Shown here one piece after another: positions 27,585 to 36,731 of a stretch of 64,000 nt of DNA. The notes beneath the pieces were generated by a model. It had not been told where the DNA came from. It did no database searches and was given only the letters and a program-made list of their open reading frames with translations. Each line of letters opens with the position of its first letter. Within the stretch, counting starts at the first letter, position 1. Where the stretch lies: assembly GCA_036377715.1 (NCBI GenBank), contig DASUXW010000161.1, forward strand, positions 9,870 through 73,869, read 5' to 3'. The translations under genes were made by a program, and so were the position numbers. Source of the stretch: Gemmatimonadales bacterium. GTDB lineage: Bacteria; Gemmatimonadota; Gemmatimonadetes; Gemmatimonadales; GWC2-71-9.

Positions 27585-28388
27585 TTGCGACATCTCGTCC
27601 TGGCTGCGGTGCCCACTGAGCGGCTTTTCCGCCTGCGCTCCCTCGATCCCGACCGGTTCGTCTGGGAGGTCGTGGGCACGTGGCCGGAGGCGGTGGAGGC
27701 GATCCGGGCCAAGCCGGTGCAGATGGCCGTGGTCGATCCCCTCCTGGGCACCCCGGTCCCCCGGACGCACGGGATCGGTCGCCTGCGGCAGTTCTTCCCC
27801 TCGCTGCCGCTGCTGGTCTACACCGAGCTGGCGCCGTCCACCGCGGGCGTGCTGCTCGAGCTCGGCCGGGCCGGGATCCGCCGGGTGGTCGTGCACCGGT
27901 TCGAGGACGCGCCGGTCGCGCTCCGCACCGCCCTGTTGGCCGAGCTCGAGCAGAGCGCCTCGCAGCAGGTCATTCAGGCGCTCGCCCCGGTGCTCCAGGA
28001 CCTGCCCGAGTCGGTCCTCCATGCGCTCGAGCAGATGCTCCACGCGCCCGGCGAAGGCCCGACGGTCACGGCGCTCGCGCGGCGGGCGCGGCTCACGCGG
28101 CGCACCTGCGAGCGGCTGTTCACCAAGGCCGGCCTGCCTTCGCCGCGCGTGGTGATGGTGCTGAGCCGGCTGCTCTACGCCCACCGGCTGCTGCTCGATC
28201 CCGGATTCACGGTGGAGGATGTGGCAAACAAGCTTGGCTACAGCCGGTCCAAGACGCTGCAGATCCACCTGCGCACGGTCTTCGGGATGACCGCGGGCGA
28301 GCTCCGCGTCTCGCTCTCGACCGACGAGGCGCTGGCGGCGGTCACCGGCCGGTACCTCCAGCCGATGAGCCGGGCCGCCGCATCATGA
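27585..28388 (+). CDS. AraC-family regulator with receiver-like N-terminal domain (start uncertain)
   Basis: C-terminal HTH_18 'VTALARRARLTRRTCERLFTKAGL...VEDVANKLGYSRSKTLQIHLRTVFGMT'. N-terminal 'MAVVDPLLG' REC-like fold lacks the acidic pair. Confidence 0.75.
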   Translation: MRHLVLAAVPTERLFRLRSLDPDRFVWEVVGTWPEAVEAIRAKPVQMAVVDPLLGTPVPRTHGIGRLRQFFPSLPLLVYTELAPSTAGVLLELGRAGIRRVVVHRFEDAPVALRTALLAELEQSASQQVIQALAPVLQDLPESVLHALEQMLHAPGEGPTVTALARRARLTRRTCERLFTKAGLPSPRVVMVLSRLLYAHRLLLDPGFTVEDVANKLGYSRSKTLQIHLRTVFGMTAGELRVSLSTDEALAAVTGRYLQPMSRAAAS

Positions 28389-28786
28389 GCCCCCGGGTGC
28401 TGATCATCGACGACGAGCCGGCGGTCCGGCGCGCGCTCGAGCGGGTGCTCCGGAGCGTGGGCTGCGACGTGGTCACCGCCGGCGATCCTCACCTGGCCTA
28501 CGGGGTGCTCGACGAGACCGACGTAGACCTGGTATTGCTCGATCTGCACCTCCCGCAGATGTCCGGCGATACGCTGTTCCTCGCCCTCACCCGGCGCTGG
28601 CCGCGCCTGGCCGACCGCGTCATCCTCATGACCGGCGACTGCTCGCCCGAGACGGCGCACTGGCCGCCCGAGCTGTGCCGCTGCACACTCCTGCTCAAGC
28701 CGTTCACGATCGACGTACTGCGGCGAACCGTGCTCCAGGCCCTCCAGGGGTCGGAACCGCGGCGGGCGGGCGGCAGTTCGGCATGA
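28385..28786 (+). CDS. Single-domain CheY-like response regulator
   Basis: 'RVLIIDDEPAVRR', 'DLVLLDLHLPQMSG', 'LLKPF'. ATGA overlap upstream. Confidence 0.85.
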   Translation: MSPRVLIIDDEPAVRRALERVLRSVGCDVVTAGDPHLAYGVLDETDVDLVLLDLHLPQMSGDTLFLALTRRWPRLADRVILMTGDCSPETAHWPPELCRCTLLLKPFTIDVLRRTVLQALQGSEPRRAGGSSA

Positions 28787-29421
28787 CGGCGGGGCTCACC
28801 GCCGCGGCGCCGCCGGACCCGCTCACCACCCTTCGCGAGTATCGGGCACTCGCCCCTTGGGGGCTGCGCGACCTCGCCGCGCTCGCCGGGGGGATCCTCG
28901 ACGCCTCCGGCGTGGTGCCGGTGAATGCCGCGGCGCGCGCCAGGCCCACCGAGCGCACCATCAGGTTCTACGTGGCGCGCGGGCTCGTGAGCCCACCCGA
29001 CGGGCGGGGCACGGCCGCGGTCTACTCCTACCGGCACCTCCTCCAGGTGCTGGCCATCAAGCTGCGCCAAATGGAAGGCGCCACGCTCGAGTCGATGACC
29101 CGGGAGTTCGCCGGGCTCACCGGGGACCTCATCGAGCGCCGGGTGGCCGGCGTGCTCGGTCCCGCGCTGCCGCCGCCCGAGCGGCTCGCCCTGCTTCAGA
29201 CCGCCGGCACCGCTCGTGGCCGGGTCGGGCGCGCCGTGCTGGGCTGGCTTGCGCCGGTCGAGGGCGCGGCGGGCGCCGTCGCGTCCTGCCGGCGCGTGCC
29301 CGTCGCTCCGGGCGTGGAGCTGCTGATCGACGAGCAGCACCCCGTGCTCCGGCTCAACGGCGACATCGGCGCAATCACCGAAGCGTTCCGCCAGGCGCTC
29401 GCGGGCCTGGTGCCCTCCTGA
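28783..29421 (+). CDS. MerR-like HTH protein with uncharacterised C-terminal domain
   Basis: 'TERTIRFYVARGLVSPPDGRGTAAVYSYRHLLQVLAIKLRQ'. ATGA overlap with the CheY gene. Confidence 0.65.
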   Translation: MTAGLTAAAPPDPLTTLREYRALAPWGLRDLAALAGGILDASGVVPVNAAARARPTERTIRFYVARGLVSPPDGRGTAAVYSYRHLLQVLAIKLRQMEGATLESMTREFAGLTGDLIERRVAGVLGPALPPPERLALLQTAGTARGRVGRAVLGWLAPVEGAAGAVASCRRVPVAPGVELLIDEQHPVLRLNGDIGAITEAFRQALAGLVPS

Positions 29422-29443
29422 CCTTCAGCCGCACGAGGCGTCC

Positions 29444-30016
29444 ATGGGCTTCCTGATCCTCCTGGCGGTGCTCGCCGCGGTCGTGCTCTGGATCATCGCC
29501 GCCTACAATGGTCTCGTCGGTCTCAGGAACCAGGTCGCCAACGCCTGGAAGCAGATCGACGTCCAGCTCAAACGGCGCCACGACCTGATCCCCAACCTGG
29601 TCAACACGGTGAAAGGCGCCATGGACTTCGAGCGCTCGACGCTCGAGGCGGTGATCAGCGCGCGCAACAAGGCGGTAAGCGCGACGGGCGTGCGGCAGAC
29701 GGCGCAGGCCGAAGGCGAGCTGAGCCAGGCGCTGGGACGGCTCTTCGCCCTGACGGAGGCCTATCCGGACCTCAAGGCGACGGGCAACGTCGCGCAACTG
29801 CAGGAGGAGCTGACCAGCACCGAGAACAAGATCGGCTTCGCGCGGCAGCTCTATAACGACGTCGCCACCGAGTACAACACCCGCCAGCAAACGTTCCCCA
29901 CGATGCTCGTGGCCGGCCTCGCCAAGGCGTCCCCCGCCGAGCTGTGGCAGATCACGGACGAGGCGGAGCGGGCCGTGCCCACGGTGGATCTCTCGGCCGA
30001 CCGCCGGGCGCCGTGA
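29444..30016 (+). CDS. lemA: LemA family protein
   Basis: 'YNGLVGLRNQVANAWKQIDVQLKRRHDLIPNLV', 'YPDLKA', 'YNDVATEYN'. Confidence 0.9.
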   Translation: MGFLILLAVLAAVVLWIIAAYNGLVGLRNQVANAWKQIDVQLKRRHDLIPNLVNTVKGAMDFERSTLEAVISARNKAVSATGVRQTAQAEGELSQALGRLFALTEAYPDLKATGNVAQLQEELTSTENKIGFARQLYNDVATEYNTRQQTFPTMLVAGLAKASPAELWQITDEAERAVPTVDLSADRRAP

Positions 30017-31065
30017 CCGGGGACGCCGACCTCTTCGCACAGCAGGAAGCCAACCGCCGACGATCCACCTGGCTGGTCATCGGGTTCATCATCTTCTTCG
30101 CGTGGGTCGGCTTCGGCGGCGACATCGCGTTCGGTCTGCTCACGGCCGATGCGCCGCCGGGCGCGTACCACCACGTGGTTCCGCTCATCGGCATCGCCAC
30201 GACCCTGATCGCCGCCGGGATCTGCTGGTATTCGTGGCGCTACGGGCCCGAGCGGGTGCTGTGGTCCACCGGCGCCTGGGAGATCATCAACCCGGCCACC
30301 CCCGAGCAGCGGCAACTGGTCAACGTGGTCGAGGAGATGGCGATCGCCGCTGGGCTGCCGAAGCCGCGGGTGTGGATCGTTCCCGACGAGGACCCCAACG
30401 CGTTCGCGACGGGCCGCGATGCCGCCACGGCGAGCATCGCGGTGACCGAGGGACTGCTGCGCTCGCTCTCGCGCGACGAGCTGCAGGGGGTCGTCGCCCA
30501 CGAGATGTCGCACGTGCGCAACCTGGACGTGCGGCTCATGACGCTGCTCGCGGCCATGGTCGGGGCCATCGCGCTCATGTCGGACGGGATGGGCCGGATG
30601 CTGCGCGGCACCCGGCATGTGAGCGTGGGCGGCCGGAGCGGCGGCGGTCGCGGGGGCAAAGGCGGCAACCCGATCGCGCTGGTGATCCTGGTGCTCTGGC
30701 TGCTCACGCTGGTCGTGGCGCCGGTGGTCTCGCGCGTGCTCGCGATGGCCGTGAGCCGGAAGCGGGAGTACCTGGCCGACGCGACGGCGGCCCAGCTCAC
30801 CCGCAATCCGATGGCGCTCGCGTCGGCGCTCGAGAAGCTGGCGGCGGCGGTCTCGCCCACACGCGCGATTACCAGCGGAGCCGCGCACCTCTGCATCGTG
30901 GACCCCGCGCCGGGCGCGCTGGCGTCGCGCGAGGGGTTTTTCGCCGACGCCTTCGCCTCGCATCCGCCGATCCGCCAGCGGGTGATCCGGCTCGAGGGGA
31001 TGGCCTACCGCGAAGCGAAACGCGCCGCCGCTCCCGCAGCGCTCAGCTCACCAGCTCAGCCATAG
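30013..31065 (+). CDS. M48-family zinc metalloprotease (HtpX-like)
   Basis: 'NAFATG', 'HEMSHVRNLD', 'EYLADATAAQLT'. TM segments present. GTGA overlap with lemA. Confidence 0.85.
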   Translation: MTGDADLFAQQEANRRRSTWLVIGFIIFFAWVGFGGDIAFGLLTADAPPGAYHHVVPLIGIATTLIAAGICWYSWRYGPERVLWSTGAWEIINPATPEQRQLVNVVEEMAIAAGLPKPRVWIVPDEDPNAFATGRDAATASIAVTEGLLRSLSRDELQGVVAHEMSHVRNLDVRLMTLLAAMVGAIALMSDGMGRMLRGTRHVSVGGRSGGGRGGKGGNPIALVILVLWLLTLVVAPVVSRVLAMAVSRKREYLADATAAQLTRNPMALASALEKLAAAVSPTRAITSGAAHLCIVDPAPGALASREGFFADAFASHPPIRQRVIRLEGMAYREAKRAAAPAALSSPAQP

Positions 31066-32098
31066 CCGCCGTAAACAGCCCGGGATCGAAGGGCAGCTCG
31101 ATGACGCGGTCCGCGCCCGCCGACCGCGCCGCGGCGCCGTCGCCCTGCACCAGGGCGACCACGCGGTAGTCGCGACGCGGCGGCGGCCCGAAGCCGCCCA
31201 GCGGGTGCGCGCCCGCCGCGCCGGTCCCGCCGAGCACCAGCACGAGCGACACGCCGGGCCGCTCCGCCGTGCGTGCCAGGGCCTCGGGCCCGGTGCAGCG
31301 CTCGACCGCGAAGCCGGCGTGCCGGAGCAGTAGCTCGACGATCCGGGCCAGGTCCTCGTCGGGGACCATGACCAGCGCGACGCCGTGGTGCGGCTCGACC
31401 GCCGCGGCGCCGGAGGCATCCAGATCGATCATCAGCACGCCCGGCGTGTAGGCCGTGGTGCGGGCGGCGCGGAGATCGCCGATCCGCCGCACGATGTCGC
31501 GGATGCGGTGGAGCGATTCGAGGACGTCGTGGAGCGCGGCCCGACCCTCGGCCTCGCCCATTCCGGGCGGGGCGAGCAGGAGCTCCACGCCGGCGGTGGC
31601 GGCCATGAGGGGGTTGTTGATCTCGTGATGCAACGTCACGGTCATCTCGCCGATCGCCGCGAGGCGCTCCGCGCGCATGAGGTCGCGCTCGGCGGCGACG
31701 AGCGCCTTCCGCAACTCGCGGCTGCGCCGCACACGCTCGAGTGTCTTGGGGAGGGCCGCGACGAACGAGTGGTCCTTGGCCAGATAGTCGTCGGCGCCCA
31801 GGCGGAGCGCCGATGCCGCGAGCGCCTCGCTTCCATGCGCCGTGATGAGGACGACCGCCGGCGGATCCGGACGCGCCCGCAGCGCTTCCAGAAGCTCGAG
31901 CCCGCTGGCATCGGGCAGATGATGGTCGAGCAGCACGATCTCGATCCCGTCCAGGGCAGCCAGCGCCTGACGTGCGGTCGTCACCTGGAGTCCCTCACCG
32001 AGCCCGCGTGAGCGCGCCAGCCGGAGCACCAGCCGCCCGATCGCCGGATCATCGTCCACGACCAGCAGCCGAGGCCGGCCGTTACTCTCAGCCATCAT
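31043..32098 (-). CDS. REC - HisKA(DHp) - receiver-like protein without an ATPase domain
   Basis: 'RLLVVDDDPAIG...IVLLDHHLPDASG', then H-box 'ERLAAIGEMTVTLHHEINNPL'. No N/G1/G2 boxes. The C-terminal ~130 aa has a REC-like pattern. Confidence 0.8.
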   Translation of the reverse strand: MMAESNGRPRLLVVDDDPAIGRLVLRLARSRGLGEGLQVTTARQALAALDGIEIVLLDHHLPDASGLELLEALRARPDPPAVVLITAHGSEALAASALRLGADDYLAKDHSFVAALPKTLERVRRSRELRKALVAAERDLMRAERLAAIGEMTVTLHHEINNPLMAATAGVELLLAPPGMGEAEGRAALHDVLESLHRIRDIVRRIGDLRAARTTAYTPGVLMIDLDASGAAAVEPHHGVALVMVPDEDLARIVELLLRHAGFAVERCTGPEALARTAERPGVSLVLVLGGTGAAGAHPLGGFGPPPRRDYRVVALVQGDGAAARSAGADRVIELPFDPGLFTAAMAELVS

Positions 32099-32690
32099 TG
32101 CGGCGCTGCGAGACGACCGCGGCGAGCGCGGCGTGCACCGCGGGGTCGATCGCGGTGCCCACCAGGTCGCGCATGCGCTCCAGCGCTTCGGCCGGCGCCA
32201 TGCGTTCCTGATACGTGCGGGGGGTGGTGAGCGCGTCGTAGGTCTCGACCGCGCCGAGGATCCTGGCACCGAGCGGGATCGCTTCGCCGGCGAGCCGGTC
32301 GGGGTAGCCGAAGCCGTCCCAGCGCTCGTGGTGGCTGCGCACGTAGCCCGCGGCCTCGCGCAGGTGAGCGAGCGGTGCCAGGATGCGGCTGCCGACCACC
32401 ACGTGGCGCTTCACGTGCTCGTACTCCTCGTCGGTCAGCGGTCCCGCCTTGTGGAGCACATCGTCCCGGACGGCGATCTTGCCGATGTCGTGCAGGCGGC
32501 CGGCGGCGCGGACCGCTTCGATCTGCGCGCCGGCGCATCCCAGGTGCGCCGCCACCGAGGCCGAAAGCTCGGCCACGCGCTCGGAGTGCCCGCGGAGATG
32601 CGGGTCGCGGGCCTCGATCGTGTTGACCAGGGCTTCGAGGGTCGCGGCGAGGAGCAGCGCCCCGTCCCGAGGCTGCGGCTCGGCGCTCAG
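32088..32690 (-). CDS. HD-GYP domain protein (start codon unresolved)
   Basis: 'DPHLRGHSERVA', 'RLHDIGKIAV', 'HHERWDGFGYPD'. No in-frame ATG/GTG/TTG that would keep the HD-GYP domain intact lies downstream of the upstream gene's stop; only a CTG overlapping that stop is available (CTGA). Confidence 0.75.
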   Translation of the reverse strand: MSAEPQPRDGALLLAATLEALVNTIEARDPHLRGHSERVAELSASVAAHLGCAGAQIEAVRAAGRLHDIGKIAVRDDVLHKAGPLTDEEYEHVKRHVVVGSRILAPLAHLREAAGYVRSHHERWDGFGYPDRLAGEAIPLGARILGAVETYDALTTPRTYQERMAPAEALERMRDLVGTAIDPAVHAALAAVVSQRRNDG

Positions 32691-33532
32691 GAGTCGGCGA
32701 ACTCCACGGTGATCTTCTCGGGCAGCAGGCCCGCCGCGTGCCCGCGGTCCAGCAGCGCCTGCACCGCCTGGCGGCCGCGCGGACCGTAGTCCACCGTCCA
32801 CTGGTTCACGTACATGCCGACGAAGGTGTCGGTCCGCTCGTCGCCGATGCCGCGATTGAACCGGCTCGCGTGGGCGAGGGCGGGCGCGCGGTGCTCGAGG
32901 GCGTAGACGATGCTGGCGCGCAGGTCGCGGGCGATCTGCTCGATGATCGCCGGTCCGAGGTCGCGGCGGACGACGTTTCCCCCCAAGGGGAGCGGGAGCC
33001 CGGTCGCTTCCAGCCACCAGGCGCCGAGATCGGCCCAGAGGTGCAGCCCGGTGTCGGCGTAGGTGAGCTGGCCCTCGTGGATCAGCAGGCCCACGTCCAC
33101 GTCTCCGCGGTCGACCGCCTCCTCGATTTGATCGAACGGAACCACCACCTCGATGAGGTCCGGTTGAAAGAGCTTGAGGGCGAGATACGCGGTGGTGAGG
33201 GTGCCGGGGACCGCCACCCGCAGGCCGCGCAGCGCGGCTGCCGGATCGTCCGGCCTGGGCCGGCGGGACACCAGCCGGGGCCCGTACCCGTCGCCCATCG
33301 AGGAGCCGGAGCCGAGCAGGACGTACCGCTTCCAGAGATAGGCATAGGCATGAATCGAGACCGCCGTCACCTCCAGCTCGCCGCGGAGGGCGCGCCGGTT
33401 CAGCGTCTCGATGTCAGAGAGCTCGTGCACGTACCGGAGGTCGCCCGTGTCGATCCTGCCCTCGGCGAGGGCGTAGAACATGAACGCGTCATCGGAGTCG
33501 GGGCTGTGGGCGACGTGGATGGTTCGGGGCAT
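32687..33532 (-). CDS. MqnA/MqnD-family (futalosine-pathway, PF02621-like) protein
   Basis: 'IHVAHSPDSDDAFMFYAL', 'ELSDIETLN', 'AVSIHAYAY'. SBP-like fold pattern. Confidence 0.75.
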   Translation of the reverse strand: MPRTIHVAHSPDSDDAFMFYALAEGRIDTGDLRYVHELSDIETLNRRALRGELEVTAVSIHAYAYLWKRYVLLGSGSSMGDGYGPRLVSRRPRPDDPAAALRGLRVAVPGTLTTAYLALKLFQPDLIEVVVPFDQIEEAVDRGDVDVGLLIHEGQLTYADTGLHLWADLGAWWLEATGLPLPLGGNVVRRDLGPAIIEQIARDLRASIVYALEHRAPALAHASRFNRGIGDERTDTFVGMYVNQWTVDYGPRGRQAVQALLDRGHAAGLLPEKITVEFADS

Positions 33533-33546
33533 GGGGCCTCATGTGG

Positions 33547-33638
33547 GACGGAGAGACGGAGAGACGGAGATGGACGCCACACCACCTGGCGTGGTTTACC
33601 TGTCCGTCCCTCCGTCCCTCCGTCCCTCCGTCTTCCGT
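33547..33638. repeat. Imperfect long hairpin built from (GACGGAGA)x3 and (TCCGTCCC)x3-4
   Basis: Units read directly. The arms are complementary except one A/C position per unit. A central 5-bp CGCCA/TGGCG stem is present. Confidence 0.85.
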
Positions 33639-34420
33639 TTGAAGTCTTCGATCACCGCCGCATGCTCACGGTACTCGCTCCGGCCCGCCCGCATCTCGGC
33701 GGCGTAGTGCGCCAGGAAGTCGCGGCCGGCGCTCGACCGGGCGGCGGTGTCACCCTGGAGCTCAGCGGCCTGGCCGCGGACCAGATAGCCGAACAGGTGG
33801 CCCGGCGAGCGGACGAGAATGGTGTCGGCGAGCGCGAGCGCCCCCGGGAGGTCGCCCACCTGAAGACGGAGCACGGCGGCGTGATAGCGGGCGTCCGCGT
33901 CGATGCTGTCGAGCTGGGTGTAGGCGCCGAGGGCCATCGGCGTGAAGCGGACCACCTGGGCGCTGTCGCCGGCTTCCGCCGCCTGCATGATGCGGTTGAA
34001 CAGCCGGTCGAATCGCTCCCGCGGGGTCATGCTGCTGATGTCCGGTGCCGGACCCATGGCCGGGCCCTGGCTGCCGAGCGCCTGCGCGCTCGCCGAGCCC
34101 GCATTGGCCATGTCGGGCGCCACCGGCGCGGGTGGTCGCCAGACCCGGAGGAGGATCGCCGCCAGGAAGGCCGCGCACAGCACGCCCGCGATGATCCAGG
34201 CCGTGCGCTCGCGCGACGGCAGCGGCGCAGTGGTGGGAGGACCGGCGCCACCCGCCCCGACCGGACGCCCGCACCGGTGGCAGAAGCGCGCCCGCGCCGA
34301 GAGGTCGGCGTGGCAGGCCTCGCAGGTGCGCGCCGTGAGGCTCGCGCCGCAGGCGCTGCAGAAGTTGCCGGTGGCGGGCGTGCCACAGGCTGGGCAGGGC
34401 GTCGGCGATGATGCGGTCAT
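33596..34420 (-). CDS. Zinc-ribbon / single-TM / periplasmic helical-repeat protein
   Basis: N-terminus 'CPACGTPATGNFCSACG...CEAC...FCHRCG', TM 'AWIIAGVLCAAFLAAILL'. The last ~12 codons are encoded by the repeat element. Confidence 0.6.
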   Translation of the reverse strand: MTASSPTPCPACGTPATGNFCSACGASLTARTCEACHADLSARARFCHRCGRPVGAGGAGPPTTAPLPSRERTAWIIAGVLCAAFLAAILLRVWRPPAPVAPDMANAGSASAQALGSQGPAMGPAPDISSMTPRERFDRLFNRIMQAAEAGDSAQVVRFTPMALGAYTQLDSIDADARYHAAVLRLQVGDLPGALALADTILVRSPGHLFGYLVRGQAAELQGDTAARSSAGRDFLAHYAAEMRAGRSEYREHAAVIEDFKRKTEGRRDGGTDR

Positions 34421-34541
34421 GGCGGGAGAAGCGTAACCCGGTATCGAGGTCGGGGAAAGGATGCGCGGGGCCTTACCCCCGTGCCGTTCCCGGGATTTCT
34501 TTCAGTCTGCACCCTTCATCCACGCGGGAGACGCAATCGCA

Positions 34542-35942
34542 ATGGCTCACGCCAGACAGCGGGCGGGCGGCACCGCCGAGCGGCCCAGCCTCGAGGAGTT
34601 TCCGGAGGACCTGAGCGGCGCGCAGCGCGACGATCTGCTGGAGCTGGGCGACCGGTTCGGCGTCGAATTCCTCCGGCTGCAGTTCACCGACATTCTCGGC
34701 ATCAACAAGAACGTCGAAGTGCCGCGCAGCCAGTTCGCCAAGGCCCTCGACGGCGAGATGATGTTCGACGGCTCGTCCATCGAGGGATTCGTGCGGATCG
34801 AGGAGTCGGACATGCTCCTCAAGCCCGACCTCGGCACCTTCCGTCTCCTCCCCTACGAGGACGAGGGCGGGCGGGTGGCGCGGCTGCTGTGCGACATCTA
34901 CACGCCCGAGGAAGAGCCGTTCGCCGGCTGCCCCCGGACCACCCTCAAGCGCCAGCTCGCGAGAGCGAAGAAGCTGGGCTTCGGCATGATGGCGGGGTGC
35001 GAGGCGGAGTTCTTCCTGTTCGAGCGGGCGCCGGACGGCTCGCCCACGCTCGCGACGCACGACTCGGCCTCGTACTTCGACCTGGGCCCGCTCGACAAGG
35101 GCGAGGAGATCCGGCGCGTCATCGTGGAGCAGCTGGTCCGGATGGGGTTCGAGGTCGAGGCGGCCCATCACGAGGTGGCGACGGGGCAGCACGAGATCGA
35201 TTTCCGGTATGCCGACGCCCTGGTGACGGCCGACAACCTGACCACCTTCAAGTTCATCGTCAAGAACGTCGCCAGCCGGTACGGGTACTTCGCCTCGTTC
35301 ATGCCCAAGCCGATCCAGGGGATTCACGGCAGCGGGATGCACACGCACCAGTCGCTGTTCCGGGGGAAGGAGAACGCGTTCTACGATCCCAAGGGCGAGT
35401 ACCAGCTCTCCAAGGTCGCCCTGAGCTACGTGGAGGGGCTGCTGCAGCACGCGCGCGGATTCTGCGCGATCACCAATCCGCTGATCAACAGCTACAAGCG
35501 GCTGGTGCCGGGCTTCGAGGCTCCGAGCAACGTGGCGTGGTCCACGCGGAACCGCTCGCCGCTCGTGCGCATTCCCGACCGGCGGGGGCTCGGCACCCGA
35601 TGCGAGCTCCGGATGCCCGACCCGTCGTGCAACCCCTACCTGGCCCTCACGGTCCAGCTCGCGGCGGGGCTGGACGGGATCGAACGGAAGCTCGCCGCGC
35701 GGCCGCCGGTCCACCGCAACATCTTCACGATGAGCTACCGCGACCGCCGCAAGTACCGCATCGACGAGTTGCCCCGGGATCTGCACGAGGCCCTCGAGAT
35801 GTTCGAAAAGGACAAGGTGATCCAGGCGGCGCTCGGAGAGCATCTGACGGAGCGGTTCCTCGAGGCCAAGCGCGACGAGGTGCTGCAGTACAACCTGCAG
35901 GTGAGCAGGTGGGAGATCGACACGTATCTGGGGAGATATTAG
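34542..35942 (+). CDS. glnA: Glutamine synthetase (type I-like)
   Basis: 'FDGSSIEGF', 'HHEVATGQHEIDF', 'KPIQGIHGSGMHTHQSL', 'SNVAWSTRNRSPLVRIP'. Confidence 0.9.
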   Translation: MAHARQRAGGTAERPSLEEFPEDLSGAQRDDLLELGDRFGVEFLRLQFTDILGINKNVEVPRSQFAKALDGEMMFDGSSIEGFVRIEESDMLLKPDLGTFRLLPYEDEGGRVARLLCDIYTPEEEPFAGCPRTTLKRQLARAKKLGFGMMAGCEAEFFLFERAPDGSPTLATHDSASYFDLGPLDKGEEIRRVIVEQLVRMGFEVEAAHHEVATGQHEIDFRYADALVTADNLTTFKFIVKNVASRYGYFASFMPKPIQGIHGSGMHTHQSLFRGKENAFYDPKGEYQLSKVALSYVEGLLQHARGFCAITNPLINSYKRLVPGFEAPSNVAWSTRNRSPLVRIPDRRGLGTRCELRMPDPSCNPYLALTVQLAAGLDGIERKLAARPPVHRNIFTMSYRDRRKYRIDELPRDLHEALEMFEKDKVIQAALGEHLTERFLEAKRDEVLQYNLQVSRWEIDTYLGRY

Positions 35943-35986
35943 GAAGATCGGAAGGGGCCGTTCCTTCGGTCCTTCAGCCCTTCAGT
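35943..35986 (+). terminator. Imperfect hairpin containing (CCTTCRGY)x3 after glnA
   Basis: GAAGG-ggccgtt-CCTTC core stem. Three tandem octamers at 35963-35986. Confidence 0.45.
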
Positions 35987-36672
35987 CATTCCGCCCGTGT
36001 CAGCTCCAGCGTGATCTGCCCGAAGGGCAGGGGAAGCTCCATCTCTACGGGGAGCCGGCGGGCGTCGTCGGTCAGCGCCACACTCATCCGGAGTGAGCGG
36101 GAGGCGACGTCCAGCAGGAGGACGGGGACCGATGATCCCGAGGGGAGCGTACGCGTCTCCCTTCCCACTACCTGCACACGGATCGGGTTATAGCCGGTCT
36201 TGAAGTAGCGGGGAATCTCGTAGGTGGCGCCGGGCCGGAGCGGCGCGGTGCGGAGATAATAGAGGAACGCGAGCTCGTCGAGCGGATTGGACGGGGCCAT
36301 CCAGTCCTGCGGATTGCCTACCTCGCGATAGCGGCTCGAGTCGGGGATGATCTGGTACTGCGCATCCTCCACCCGGCCGCCCTGGAAGAAGCGGCGGTGG
36401 AAGCGCAGGGAGTTGAACCCGCGGGTGCCGACGTACGACGTGAGCTCCGCTCCCACCCGGATGCCCATGGGCCGGCCCTCGCCCGAGGCCTCGAACACGA
36501 ACGCCTCCCGCCCGCGCTCCTGCGTCATCGAGTTGACCGACATGGTGGCGGTGCCGACCGGGAACACGCCGAGACTCGCCTGGTACTGCAGGGTCTCGCC
36601 GACGGCAAAGGGGTATGGGGCGGCCAGGCGCGCGAGGAGCGCCGCATGGACGAGCAGCGGGGTGACCGGCAT
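35986..36672 (-). CDS. DUF3108-like protein
   Basis: 'GETLQYQASLGVFPVGTATMSV', 'YFKTGYNPIRVQVVGRE', 'LPVEMELPLPFGQITLEL'. Start taken at the MPVTPLL Met. Confidence 0.6.
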   Translation of the reverse strand: MPVTPLLVHAALLARLAAPYPFAVGETLQYQASLGVFPVGTATMSVNSMTQERGREAFVFEASGEGRPMGIRVGAELTSYVGTRGFNSLRFHRRFFQGGRVEDAQYQIIPDSSRYREVGNPQDWMAPSNPLDELAFLYYLRTAPLRPGATYEIPRYFKTGYNPIRVQVVGRETRTLPSGSSVPVLLLDVASRSLRMSVALTDDARRLPVEMELPLPFGQITLELTRAE

Positions 36673-36731
36673 GGATGGCCCTTCGATGAAAGCTGTTGGA
36701 CGATAACCGGTACGCGCGGGACGCGACAACC

